64,000 nt of DNA from Spirochaetia bacterium (lineage in GTDB: Bacteria; Spirochaetota; Spirochaetia; SZUA-6; Bin103): positions 224,001 through 288,000 of the forward strand of contig CBDAOI010000003.1 of assembly GCA_965198005.1 (NCBI GenBank), written 5' to 3'. Each line of letters starts with the position of its first letter. The stretch's first letter is position 1. The position numbers and the translations under genes were made by a program. Below, piece by piece: positions 9,292 through 20,547 of this stretch. The notes under the pieces are model-generated. The model had not been told where the DNA came from, ran no database searches, and saw only the letters and a list, made by a program, of their open reading frames with translations.

Positions 9292-10299
9292 ATGGCCAGC
9301 ACCAAGGCACCGCCCACCAGGCGGCACGAAGTATACGAAGTAGGGCAACCCCGGCACGCCCAATCGCCGGCGTTCCCGGGCTGCAAGCCCGTCCGCCTGC
9401 CGCGCACCGAGATCGACCGCTTCGAGGGGCGCCTCGAGTATTGGGATGCGGCCACCGAGACCGCCTGGATCTGCGAGCCGACCACTCCCTATCACGAGCG
9501 GCCCTCGCGGCTCCTGACGCGCCTGGCCGAGCGGATTGCCGGCGTGCGCGGTTCGCCGATCGAATGCTACGGCTCGATGGACCTGCTGCTGCGCGACGCC
9601 GGCGGCGAGCCGCGGCGCATCATGCAGGCGGACGAGTCGGTGTACCTGCATCCGGCGCAGGCCAAGCCGGGACCGGCGGCCATGGTGGTGGGCGAGGATG
9701 ACTTTCCCGACGTGGTGCTGGAGGTGGATCACACCACCGACGCGCGGCGGAGCAAGCTGGCGCTGTACGAGGACTGGGGCTTTCCGGAAGTGTGGGTGGA
9801 GGTGCCGGACACGCTGTCGCCGAGGCGGGCACGCGGGCGCCGCCCGGGACTGACGATTCATCTGCTGGAGCATGGTCGGTTCCGGGTGGCGGCCGAGAGC
9901 CGGGCGTTTCCCGGCTGGCGGGCGGACGAGATTCACCTGGCGCTGAACGAGCCGGCGCCGTCCGCGCGCACCAGCGCGGTGGTGGAGCGGGTCGGGGCGG
10001 CGCTGGGCGCGCGCGCAGGCACCGGCCCGGACGACGACCCGCTGCTCCGTTCGCAGCGGCGCCAGGGATTCGAGCAGGGTCGTGCGGAAGGCATAGCGGA
10101 AGGTCGGACGGAAGGCCGCGCGCAGATGGTCCGTCAGATATTGCTGTCACGCGGCATTGAAGTGTCGGCGCGGTTGTCCACCGCTACGGAAGCGTTCGCC
10201 GCGGCGTCCGAGGAGGCACTGCTGGCGGCGGCGCTTGGCTGCGCGGATGAGGCGGAGTTCCTTGCCGCGCTCCGGCGATTGCGCGACCAGGGCGGCTGA
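9292..10299 (+). CDS. Uma2-like PD-(D/E)XK nuclease (copy 3)
   Basis: Near-identical to copies 1 and 2, with the longest linker EQGRAEGIAEGRTEG. Confidence 0.75.
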   Translation: MASTKAPPTRRHEVYEVGQPRHAQSPAFPGCKPVRLPRTEIDRFEGRLEYWDAATETAWICEPTTPYHERPSRLLTRLAERIAGVRGSPIECYGSMDLLLRDAGGEPRRIMQADESVYLHPAQAKPGPAAMVVGEDDFPDVVLEVDHTTDARRSKLALYEDWGFPEVWVEVPDTLSPRRARGRRPGLTIHLLEHGRFRVAAESRAFPGWRADEIHLALNEPAPSARTSAVVERVGAALGARAGTGPDDDPLLRSQRRQGFEQGRAEGIAEGRTEGRAQMVRQILLSRGIEVSARLSTATEAFAAASEEALLAAALGCADEAEFLAALRRLRDQGG

Positions 10300-10395
10300 C
10301 CTCGGCCGCGCCGGCGGCTTGAGCTGCCTGCTTGCGCTGCGCGGCGCCCGAGACGCACTATGGGGGCCACGCCACACACCCGGAGGCAGCGACAG

Positions 10396-12352
<1,957 letters not shown>

Positions 12353-12364
12353 CCGCCGCTGCCC

Positions 12365-12625
12365 ATGCCGGTCGTCGCGCTGTTCCACGGCATCCGCATT
12401 CTCGTGTACTGGAACGACCACGACCCGCCGCACTTTCACGCCCAGTACGCGGAGCACGAGGCCAAGGTGGACACGCGCCGCGGCATCGTGACCGCCGGCT
12501 ACCTGCCGCGGCGGCAGCTCCGGCTGGTGCTCGCCTGGGCCGAGCTGCACGGCGACGAGCTGATGCAGAACTGGGAGCTGGCGCGCGCCGGGCAGCCGTT
12601 GCGCTCGATTCAGGGGCTGGCGTGA
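12365..12625 (+). CDS. DUF4160 domain protein (TA-like)
   Basis: MPVVALFHGIRILVYWNDHDPPHFHAQY...WAELHGDELMQNW. Confidence 0.88.
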   Translation: MPVVALFHGIRILVYWNDHDPPHFHAQYAEHEAKVDTRRGIVTAGYLPRRQLRLVLAWAELHGDELMQNWELARAGQPLRSIQGLA

Positions 12626-12948
12626 TCGACCACCCCAACTACATGCCTGAGGTGCTGCAGGTGATCGCGGCGCCCGGCGAAGGCTATCTCATCCTGCTCT
12701 ACTTCGACGACGGCTCCATTCACCGGTTCGACGTGGCGCCGCTGCTCGACCAGCCGGTGTTTCGTCCGCTGCGCGACCGCGCCCGGTTCCGGCGTGCGCT
12801 CACCGTAATGAACGGCACCGCCGCCTGGGACCTCGCCGGCACCCGCGACGAGACCCGCTGCATCGACCTCGACCCCCTGGTCCTCTACCGCACCACCCCC
12901 GAGATCGACGAACCCGCCTGGGTAGTACGCGGCACCGGCGGCGGGTAG
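12622..12948 (+). CDS. DUF2442 domain protein
   Basis: LILLYFDDG...FRPLRDRARF...GTAAW...IDLDPLVLY, overlapping the DUF4160 stop. Confidence 0.85.
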   Translation: MIDHPNYMPEVLQVIAAPGEGYLILLYFDDGSIHRFDVAPLLDQPVFRPLRDRARFRRALTVMNGTAAWDLAGTRDETRCIDLDPLVLYRTTPEIDEPAWVVRGTGGG

Positions 12949-13042
12949 GAAACCATGATCGCCGCCCGTGGCGCCGTGGCGAGAACGACACCGACCTTGG
13001 TCCAGCTCTCGACCGCCCGCCGCGCCCGCGGGAGTCCGTAGA

Positions 13043-14131
13043 TCACTTGCCGCCAGATGCGGCAAGCAGACCCAGCCGGTAGTAGGAATCGACCGTGGCA
13101 CGGATGGTGGCGTCGACGTCGTAGGGCGCCAGGCCGAGCTCCTGCATCGCCAGCAGGCAGTAGGAGCGCGGCTTGTCGTAGGTCGCCTGTGCCGGCCGAT
13201 CGCCCTGCATCTCCTCGCCGCCTACCTCCTCCACTCCGGGATAGAGCTCCCGCAGGCGCCGCTGCAACTGCCAGGTGAACAGCTCGCCGGTGCGGTCGCG
13301 TGCCGAGAGGATGTAGCGCGAGCCGTTCGCGGCCGTGCCGCGCTCGGCCGCGAGGCGGTGGGCTGTCCCCACGTCGCGCACATCGACGATGTTCCACAAC
13401 ATGCGGCCCCCCGCGCTCTTCTGGTACTGCTTCCCCGCCAGCATGAAACCGATCCACTGCTGCCAGCTATTCGGTTGGTCGTGGTTGGGACACATCAGTG
13501 GGCCGATGACGTGCACCGGCAGGATCGCCATCGCCTCGAAGCTGCCCTCCTCGGCGGCGGCCTGGTAAATCATGCGCTCGGTGTTGGCCTTCGCCATGGC
13601 GTAGGCCAGATCGCGGTTCTCGGGAATGCGATCCTCGGTCCATCTGCCCTCATATGCCTCGAGGTTGTCGCCACACCAGTCCTTCTCGGTGAAGACGTAG
13701 CCTTCCGGTCGCGGATGGCTGACCGCGGCAAACGAGCTGGTGAACACGAAGCGCTTCAGGTTGCCCGACTTCCGCGCCGAGGCCAGGACGTGGTCGTTCT
13801 CGGTAAAGCAGCCGTCGTACACCTGTTGCGGTTGCTCGCGGTTGTAGCCGACGGTGGCGCCGACGTGCAGCACCGCGCTGCAGCCGGCAAACGCCGCGTC
13901 GTAGCTGCCGCGGTCGAACAGGTCGCCGCGAAACAGCTCGACCCGACCGCGCAGGTCGGGGTCATCGTTGAGGGTGGTCAGGTGGTCGACCTTCGCCGGG
14001 TTGGCCAGATCGCGCACGCAGGCATGGACGAGATAGCCCTGCCGCATCAAGTCGTAGACGGTCCAGGATCCGATGTAGCCGCTGGCGCCGGTAACGGCCA
14101 CCGGGCCGTCGGCAGGTGAGATGGCACTCAT
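13043..14131 (-). CDS. NAD-dependent epimerase/dehydratase (extended SDR, aldehyde/flavonoid-reductase-like)
   Basis: TGASGYIG, FVFTSSFAA, YAMAK, VDVRDV. Confidence 0.88.
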   Translation of the reverse strand: MSAISPADGPVAVTGASGYIGSWTVYDLMRQGYLVHACVRDLANPAKVDHLTTLNDDPDLRGRVELFRGDLFDRGSYDAAFAGCSAVLHVGATVGYNREQPQQVYDGCFTENDHVLASARKSGNLKRFVFTSSFAAVSHPRPEGYVFTEKDWCGDNLEAYEGRWTEDRIPENRDLAYAMAKANTERMIYQAAAEEGSFEAMAILPVHVIGPLMCPNHDQPNSWQQWIGFMLAGKQYQKSAGGRMLWNIVDVRDVGTAHRLAAERGTAANGSRYILSARDRTGELFTWQLQRRLRELYPGVEEVGGEEMQGDRPAQATYDKPRSYCLLAMQELGLAPYDVDATIRATVDSYYRLGLLAASGGK

Positions 14132-14254
14132 GCTCGTGGCGTGTCCTTCATTCGTTCAGTTGTACCACGGTGGGCGTGGGTCGGTCGAGTGGAACTTCCC
14201 CACATGGTCCTGCATGAAAGCGTCGGCGGGACACGATGCGGCTCTCAGGTTCAT

Positions 14255-14316
14255 CATCAAGCCGGCCCGTCGATCGCTTCGAGGTACAGGTCCACTGCCT
14301 TGGCGGGAACGGGCGC
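14255..14316 (-). repeat. Diverged duplicate of the last ~19 codons and stop of the ABC ATPase gene at 15888
   Basis: gtcgatcgcttcgaggtacaggtccactgccttggcggg is identical to 15900-15938. Confidence 0.85.
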
Positions 14317-14565
14317 TACGAGATCGCGGTGGAGGATTCGACCAGCCACGGGCGGCTGGACATGGCGGTGCGGACGGGCGGGCACGTGTACCTGTTCGAG
14401 TTCAAGGTGGTGGAGATGGCGCCGCCGGGATCGGCGCTGGCGCAGCTGCGAGAGCGCGACTACGCGGCCAAGTACCGGGATCGGAGCGAACCGATCCATC
14501 TGATAGGCGTGGAGTTCAGCCGCGAGACGCGCAACCTGACGACGTTCAAGGTGGCGGACGGCTGA
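14317..14565 (+). pseudogene. C-terminal PD-(D/E)XK domain fragment of an AAA-ATPase-nuclease fusion
   Basis: GRLDMAV...VYLFEFK...ALAQLRERDYAAKY...IHLIGVEFS. Confidence 0.75.
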
Positions 14566-14974
14566 CGTCGGGATCGGTCACTCGGGCGGCCCTTTCGGGA
14601 CTCGCCAAAGCCTCTATCAAGCCGTAGGAATTTTCCGCGTCGGCGCGTAGCCGGCGTACGTCTATGAACGTGTAATCGAACCTGTTCCACCCCTTGGTAG
14701 CCGAGCGCGGCACCCAGGTGGGGAGACCGTTGTACAGCAACATCGGCATGATGAACGGAGGCGTCTCCTCCACGCTTCGACCGCGACACAGGCTTTCGGA
14801 CAGCATGGATGCGTAACGGCGAAGTCGTTGCGCCACTCTCGGGTACGGATGCGACAGCATCTCGATCATCAGCACCGGCGTCCCCGAGCGTCGCCGCCTA
14901 CCCGGCAGGTAGTCCACGCTCCACACCGAATCGCACAGTATGCGTAGCTGACTGCCGTCTTCTGAGGCGGCCAC
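14546..14974 (-). pseudogene. Rpn/YhgA-like nuclease fragment
   Basis: CDSVWSV...MIEMLS...RLRRYASML...PFIMPMLLYNG..W...YTFIDV. Confidence 0.5.
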
Positions 14975-15264
14975 GTCTCGGCCGCCTCAGGTTCGATTCC
15001 AATCGAGTCAGCGGCACGGCAGTCGCCACAGATTCCCTGACGCAAGTCATCGCCGCGATCCCAGCAGTAGTAACAGATTCCCAGGCGCTGCCCGACGCCC
15101 GCGAGTGCCTCCCCGGGATTGCCGTCGTGGTGCCGCGACAGCGCCAGGGCCGACTGAACGAAGCTCAGCGTTCGTTCCTCGCCGATATGCGTGAAGAACG
15201 ATTGCGCCTCGAGCCGGCTCAGGACGTCGTTCATCAAGAAGCTGTTGAAGTGGTCGGACATCAC
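14869..15264 (-). CDS. Hypothetical protein with Cys pairs
   Basis: ORF containing ICYYC and ICGDC. The 3' end overlaps the Rpn fragment and is uncertain. Confidence 0.35.
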   Translation of the reverse strand: MMSDHFNSFLMNDVLSRLEAQSFFTHIGEERTLSFVQSALALSRHHDGNPGEALAGVGQRLGICYYCWDRGDDLRQGICGDCRAADSIGIEPEAAETWPPQKTAVSYAYCAIRCGAWTTCRVGGDARGRRC

Positions 15265-15515
15265 CGAGCGTCCTCATCGCCCGGGAGATGATTGCCGCCG
15301 TACCCTTCCCATGTCAACGACGAGATCGAGGCGGGCCGTCGTTCGATTACGAAGCTGGGGACGTGCCGCCTCGACGAAGACCGACATACCGGGATCGCCA
15401 GTACCGGCGGATCATGGAGTGGGGATCGGCCGCGGGCCGGCAGGCGATGTTCGGCGGCGTGCTTGGGTTTGAGCCGCGGGCGGCTGCGGATGACCGAAGA
15501 CGCAACCGCCGCGAC

Positions 15516-15753
15516 CGGCTCCATTCACCGGTTCGACGTGGCGCCGCTGCTCGACCAGCCGGTGTTTCGTCCGCTGCGCGACCGCGCCCGGTTCCGGCGT
15601 GCGCTCACCGTAATGAACGGCACCGCCGCCTGGGACCTCGCCGGCACCCGCGACGAGACCCGCTGCATCGGCCTCGACCCCCTGGTCCTCTACCGCACCA
15701 CCCCCGAAATCGGCGAACCCGCCTGGGTAGCCCGCGGCGCCGGCGGCGGGTGA
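15516..15753 (+). pseudogene. 5'-truncated duplicate of the DUF2442 gene
   Basis: 238 bp nearly identical to 12711-12948. Confidence 0.9.
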
Positions 15754-15887
15754 GCTACCAGCGTCGCGCAGGGCAAGATCAGCCGGTGGACACCAGTTCA
15801 GCAGTTCTGCCGGGGGTCTGCCCGCCTCCTGTTTGATCTCCACGGAGGCGCGGTCGTTGACCGCCACCTCGCAGGGGGCCGGAGCCA

Positions 15888-16595
15888 TCAAGCTGACCGG
15901 TCGATCGCTTCGAGGTACAGGTCCACTGCCTTGGCGGGGAAAGGCGCCGTCTCGGAGCGCACGATGCGGCCCTCCTCGATGATCAGCAGCCGGTCCGCCA
16001 TGCCGTCGAACACCTCGGCCAAGTGACTACTTACGAATACCGTCTTGCCGCGGTCGCGCAGCTCCAGCAGCAGGCGGCGCAGCACGATGTTGGCCATCAC
16101 GTCGAGACCATTGAACGGCTCGTCCAGCACCAGCACCGCCGGATCGCCGATCAGCGCGCCCAGGAGCTGCACCTTCTTGCGCATGCCGGTGGAGTAGTCG
16201 GCGAACGGCCGCTCCAGCGGCTCCTCCATGTCCAGCCGCCGGGCGATGTCGTCCAGGGCGCGCCAAGCGCCGCGGTCGCCGATCTTGAGCAGGCTCAGGT
16301 ATTCGAGATTCTCGCGCCCGGTGAGCTTGGCGAAAAAGTAGTGCTCGTTCGGCAGAAACCCCAGGCGGCGCTTCAACTCCAGCACGTGCGGGTACTGCCA
16401 CAGGTCCTTGCCGTCGATCAGCACGCGACCGCGGTCGGGCATCAGCAGGCCGACCAGCAGCCGCATGGTGGTGGTCTTGCCGGAGCCGTTGCGGCCCAGG
16501 AAGCCGGTCAGCCCGGCGCCGAGCCCGAAGTCGAGATCGGTCACGCCGCGGTCGCTGCCGGCGTAGATCTTGGTGACCTGGTCAAACCGGATCAT
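15888..16595 (-). CDS. ABC-2 type transporter ATP-binding protein
   Basis: GRNGSGKTT, YSTGM, VLVLDEP, SSH. Confidence 0.92.
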   Translation of the reverse strand: MIRFDQVTKIYAGSDRGVTDLDFGLGAGLTGFLGRNGSGKTTTMRLLVGLLMPDRGRVLIDGKDLWQYPHVLELKRRLGFLPNEHYFFAKLTGRENLEYLSLLKIGDRGAWRALDDIARRLDMEEPLERPFADYSTGMRKKVQLLGALIGDPAVLVLDEPFNGLDVMANIVLRRLLLELRDRGKTVFVSSHLAEVFDGMADRLLIIEEGRIVRSETAPFPAKAVDLYLEAIDRSA

Positions 16596-17940
16596 CGCGC
16601 TCCGACCACTCGTCCGCCGCGGTCGAAAGATAGCGCGCGGATGCCAGGCGGTACAGGAACCACAGCACCGCCGCGCACAGGCCCACGAACAGCAGCGGCT
16701 CGACCACCGCGGCACCCAGGCCGCCCACCGCCAGCAACGCATAGAACAGCGTGGGCAGCAGGATGCGATGCAGGTGGCGTACCGCCACGAGCCAGGCCAG
16801 CAGCGGCAGCACGATCATCTGCAGCAGCAGCAGGCCGAGCGTCGCGAGCGCGCCGCCGGCCGCCAGCTCCAGAGCCAGCGCCACCAGCGTGATGGGGGCC
16901 AGCACCGCCAAGTGCGGCGTCACCAGGTACCGCGTCAGGCGCGCGAAGGAGACCGGCGTGAGCTTGTAAAAGGTGATGGGGAGGGCGCGCAGGCCGGTCA
17001 GATACACCCCGGAGGCGGCGGCGGTCGCCAGGTACGCGAGCATGAGCGTCGCGGGCACTCCGGAAGCCGGCATGCCGTATGCCGAGAGATCGGCCGCGGC
17101 CGCGAACGCGAACCCGTACGCCGCCGCGCAGCTGATCAGCCCGCCGGGGGTGAGCAGGAACTCGCGGGCATAGACCGCGACTGCGATCGGCAGGCGGCGG
17201 GTGACCAGGGCCGCCAGCGCCTTGCGCTGCGAGCGGGCCAAGCGCTGCACCACCGCGTGATACAGGGTCACCGGATTCCAGCCGCGCGCGCCGATGCTCC
17301 AGAACGCCGCCAGCGCCGCCAGGTTCACCGGCAGGACCACCAGATTGGCCGAGTCCCACCGCAGGCAGACCGCCACCTGCGCGCCCAGGAAGGCCAGCAC
17401 CGCGCCCGCCCAGGCCAGCCGCGCGCGCGGCCGGAGGCCCGACAGAACCGGCGAGACGGACAGGTGCGAGACGACCACCGCGAGCATCGAGGCGTCGGCG
17501 CCGAGGTAGCGTACGGCCTCCAGCGGCACGGGGAACGCGTGCAGCACCGCCGGCACGGCAGCCGCCAGGAACAGCACGGCGTAACCCACCGGCACGCCGC
17601 TGTTCGCCAGCCCCTGCAGCCGCAGGCTGGTGGCAAGATCCGCCGGCATGGTGGCGTGAAACATGACCGCCGACCGGGGGCACCGCGTGCGCAGCACGAA
17701 CCCCACCGCAAACCAGCCCAGCATGCTCCAGCGCAGTTCCGGCAGCGGCAGTGCGACCTGTCCGCCGTACACCGCCAGGAAGTACGCCGCGTAGGCCAGC
17801 CACAGCAGCAACGCGAGCGGCACCAGCGTCACCAGCATGCGCGGCCTGATGGAGCGCCGCAGATCGCGCAGCTCCGGGCGCAGATGGTAGCGCCAGAACA
17901 GCGGCAGGCAGGGCAGCCGCACAGTCGTCATCCGCTTCAC
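16582..17940 (-). CDS. Multi-pass membrane protein, probable ABC exporter permease
   Basis: Many hydrophobic segments, overlapping the ATPase start. Confidence 0.7.
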   Translation of the reverse strand: MKRMTTVRLPCLPLFWRYHLRPELRDLRRSIRPRMLVTLVPLALLLWLAYAAYFLAVYGGQVALPLPELRWSMLGWFAVGFVLRTRCPRSAVMFHATMPADLATSLRLQGLANSGVPVGYAVLFLAAAVPAVLHAFPVPLEAVRYLGADASMLAVVVSHLSVSPVLSGLRPRARLAWAGAVLAFLGAQVAVCLRWDSANLVVLPVNLAALAAFWSIGARGWNPVTLYHAVVQRLARSQRKALAALVTRRLPIAVAVYAREFLLTPGGLISCAAAYGFAFAAAADLSAYGMPASGVPATLMLAYLATAAASGVYLTGLRALPITFYKLTPVSFARLTRYLVTPHLAVLAPITLVALALELAAGGALATLGLLLLQMIVLPLLAWLVAVRHLHRILLPTLFYALLAVGGLGAAVVEPLLFVGLCAAVLWFLYRLASARYLSTAADEWSERDDPV

Positions 17941-17992
17941 CGGCCTCGGTGCGGCGGCCGCAGCAAGCCGCTCGGGCTCGTCACTGAACCGT

Positions 17993-18156
17993 TCAGATGG
18001 TCGCCACCAGTGCGGCCTTCCTGATCCGTCCGTCGTCCGTCAGCAGGGCGCCCGTGCACCTGAGTGCTGGCGACGATGACCCGATCCGCAGGATCGCCGC
18101 CACCGCATGGCGTTGGGCCAGCGCACGAGAATGTGGGTATCGAGCAGGACCTTCAA
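17993..18156 (-). pseudogene. VapC/PIN toxin remnant
   Basis: LKVLLDTHILVRW, DPADRVIVA and LLTDDGRIR lie in different frames, and the centre is deleted. Confidence 0.7.
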
Positions 18157-18395
18157 GGCCGGTCCGACTCCGCTTCCCACGTAGCAGCGGGCAGCACGGG
18201 TGAGACGATGTCGCCGAGCACCTCGACGCTGCACCGCAACTCGTCCTGCGGGTACCCTGCTCCGGCAATAGGGGTGGAGTGAACTGAGCCACCGGCCGGC
18301 CACGCTTCAGGATCGTGATCGATTCGCGGGTAGCGTGCACCTGGTCGAGCAGCCAGACACTTGGCTTTGAACTCCGAAGCGTTGATGCTCTCCAT
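18153..18395 (-). pseudogene. Phd/YefM antitoxin, frameshifted
   Basis: MESINASEFKAKCLA / ITILKRGRPVAQ / VEVLGDIVSP split across frames. Confidence 0.75.
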
Positions 18396-18751
18396 GTGAC
18401 CAGAATACATGACCGGTCATATGAGCGTGAAGTACCCCGTCGCCGCTCGGCGAGATTGACGATCTCCCCGGGGGCGCATAACGTCGGAACAAGCTGCCGG
18501 CGAGCGGCGACGTGATCCTGCGCCGGGTATTCATCGACGCCGAACGTTCCGCTTCGGGGAGGTCTGGGCGGCGGCGGGGAGTCCGTTCAACGTGTTCGCG
18601 ATCGCGCCGGCCCGCCTGCGCGATGTCAGCGGAGCCAGGGTGAGGAATCTCAAAGCCGAATCGGCCGAATCGGGCGCCTCTTGACCGCCTTGACGGCTTG
18701 ACCGCCAACGTCGATTGACCACCGGCCTACTCCAATGCAAGAGTTCAACGA

Positions 18752-19594
18752 ATGGACCTGACGCGCCTTGCACGCTTGCCACCCTGGCAGTGGCCCCCGG
18801 ACACCGGGAACACGCTGCTGGCGGTTCTCCGCGACCAACAGGCGGATGAATCGGAACACCTCCTGGCCGCCGAAATGGCCGGCGAGATCGTGGCCATCAA
18901 CGACGACCTCGCCGGCGCCCTGCTGTCCATCGTCGGCGACGCCACCGCATCCGAGGAGCTGCGCAGCCGGGCGGCGCTGTCTCTCGGTCCGGTCCTGGAG
19001 CAGATGGACATGGACAGCGTTGACGACTTACCGGGCCTCGACGACGAGCTGTTGGATGCCCAGCCGATCTCCGAGCACACGTTCCACCGGATCCAGGAGA
19101 CGTTGCGCGTCCGGTACCTGGAGGACGACGTCCCGAAGGAAGTGCGGCGCCGTATCCTGGAAGCCTCGGTACGCGCTCCGGCCGACTGGCATCGGGACGC
19201 GATCCGAGCGGCGTACACCCGTGAGGACCGGGATTGGCGGCTGACCGCCGTGTTCGCGATGCAGTTCGTGCGTGGATTCACTGACGAGATTGTCGCCGCG
19301 CTCGACGATCCCGACGAAGAGATCCGCTATGAAGCGGTGACTGCCGCCGGCAATTGGGAAGTCGATGCTGCCTGGCCGTACGTATCCGCCCTGCTCGCCG
19401 CGCCCGACACCGATAAAGAGCTCCTGCTCGCCGCCATCGAAGCAGGAGCCGCCATTCGTCCGCAGGAGGCGGAGCCGCTACTCGCCGAATTGAGCGACTC
19501 CCGCGACGCCGAGATTGCCGAGGCGGCCGGCGGCGCCATGATGATGGTGGCGTCTCCGTTCGACGACGAGTTCGAGGACGAATCGGAACTGTGA
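18752..19594 (+). CDS. HEAT-repeat protein
   Basis: Repeated helical motifs (ALDDPDEEIRYEAVTAAG, ELRSRAALSLG) in an acidic protein. Confidence 0.75.
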   Translation: MDLTRLARLPPWQWPPDTGNTLLAVLRDQQADESEHLLAAEMAGEIVAINDDLAGALLSIVGDATASEELRSRAALSLGPVLEQMDMDSVDDLPGLDDELLDAQPISEHTFHRIQETLRVRYLEDDVPKEVRRRILEASVRAPADWHRDAIRAAYTREDRDWRLTAVFAMQFVRGFTDEIVAALDDPDEEIRYEAVTAAGNWEVDAAWPYVSALLAAPDTDKELLLAAIEAGAAIRPQEAEPLLAELSDSRDAEIAEAAGGAMMMVASPFDDEFEDESEL

Positions 19595-19603
19595 CATGAA
19601 CCC

Positions 19604-19990
19604 GTGACCAGGAACAGAAAGCCGGGCCCGAAACTGCAGCCGTGGATCGACGCGCGCAAGCGGCACCACCTGTCGCACGCCCAGGTGCAGATGGCGCGCG
19701 AGCTGGGAATGAATCCCCGCAAGCTGGGCCGATTGGACAACCACGATCAGGAGCCGTGGAAGCTGCCGCTACGCCAATACCTTGAGCACCTGTACCGCAA
19801 GCGGTTCGGCAGAGGCGCTCCCGAGGTCGTTCGTTCGATCGAGGAGATCGCACGCCGTGATGCCGAGAGCAAGGCGCGCAAACGGGAAGCAAAGCAGCGG
19901 CGGCGAATCGCCCAGACCGGCGACGTACCCCCGAGCGCGGACAGCGACGACGCCAGTCTGTTTGAGGCCGGCACCGGCGTGGCACCATAA
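19604..19990 (+). CDS. Conserved hypothetical protein
   Basis: WIDARKRHHLSHAQVQMARELGMNPRKLGRLDNH.QEPWKLPL block with coding-like codon use. Confidence 0.65.
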   Translation: MTRNRKPGPKLQPWIDARKRHHLSHAQVQMARELGMNPRKLGRLDNHDQEPWKLPLRQYLEHLYRKRFGRGAPEVVRSIEEIARRDAESKARKREAKQRRRIAQTGDVPPSADSDDASLFEAGTGVAP

Positions 19991-20547
19991 GACTCGCGGC
20001 CTCTCAGACGGCCCGCGGTCGCTCCCCGCCGGGAGCCGCTCCGCCGTCCAGGCTTGGCAGGATTAGGCTAAGTCATTCCAGCTATTGAACATACGCATCG
20101 TCCTAAAAGAGCCGCACCCGAATCGGTTGATGGCGATGAGCCCCCGCCTCTGGCCGATCCGTATCCACCGCTGCGGCGGGTGCGGGGGGCGACTCATGCT
20201 GCCGCTCCTGCCTCGAACTCGACCGGCGACCCTGAGGCAGGCAGAGGTTGTCGGCTCGGAACAGCACCACGACGATCGAGCGCGGTCGGTCTGCTTGAGA
20301 AACTGGTCAGATGACTAGCTATAGCTATCGCCTCGGCATGCTCCCAGGGCAATCCGCGTTGCGGCCGTCGCTCAACCGCCGCCTAACGGCTAAGATAGCG
20401 GTGCAGTGGATGCAAGTGGCCGTGGTCGCCGCCGGTCGGCATTGGTCCGCACCTGGACGTGAGGGCGCCAGTCCATTTGCGTCGTGAGCAGACCACGACC
20501 AGATGGGGGATAATGCATGGTAGCCGCTCGACGCAAGGAGACGATGG

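Noticed and set aside
423-10299. Diversity-generating retroelement explaining the variant copies
   Set aside because: No reverse transcriptase in the window, and differences are not adenine-specific or confined to one variable region.
18420-18740. Possible additional toxin remnant upstream of the Phd/VapC pair
   Set aside because: No frame gave a recognisable motif.
20085-20318. ORF sharing LKEPH with the 57953 micro-ORF
   Set aside because: A five-residue match with no flanking similarity, probably chance.
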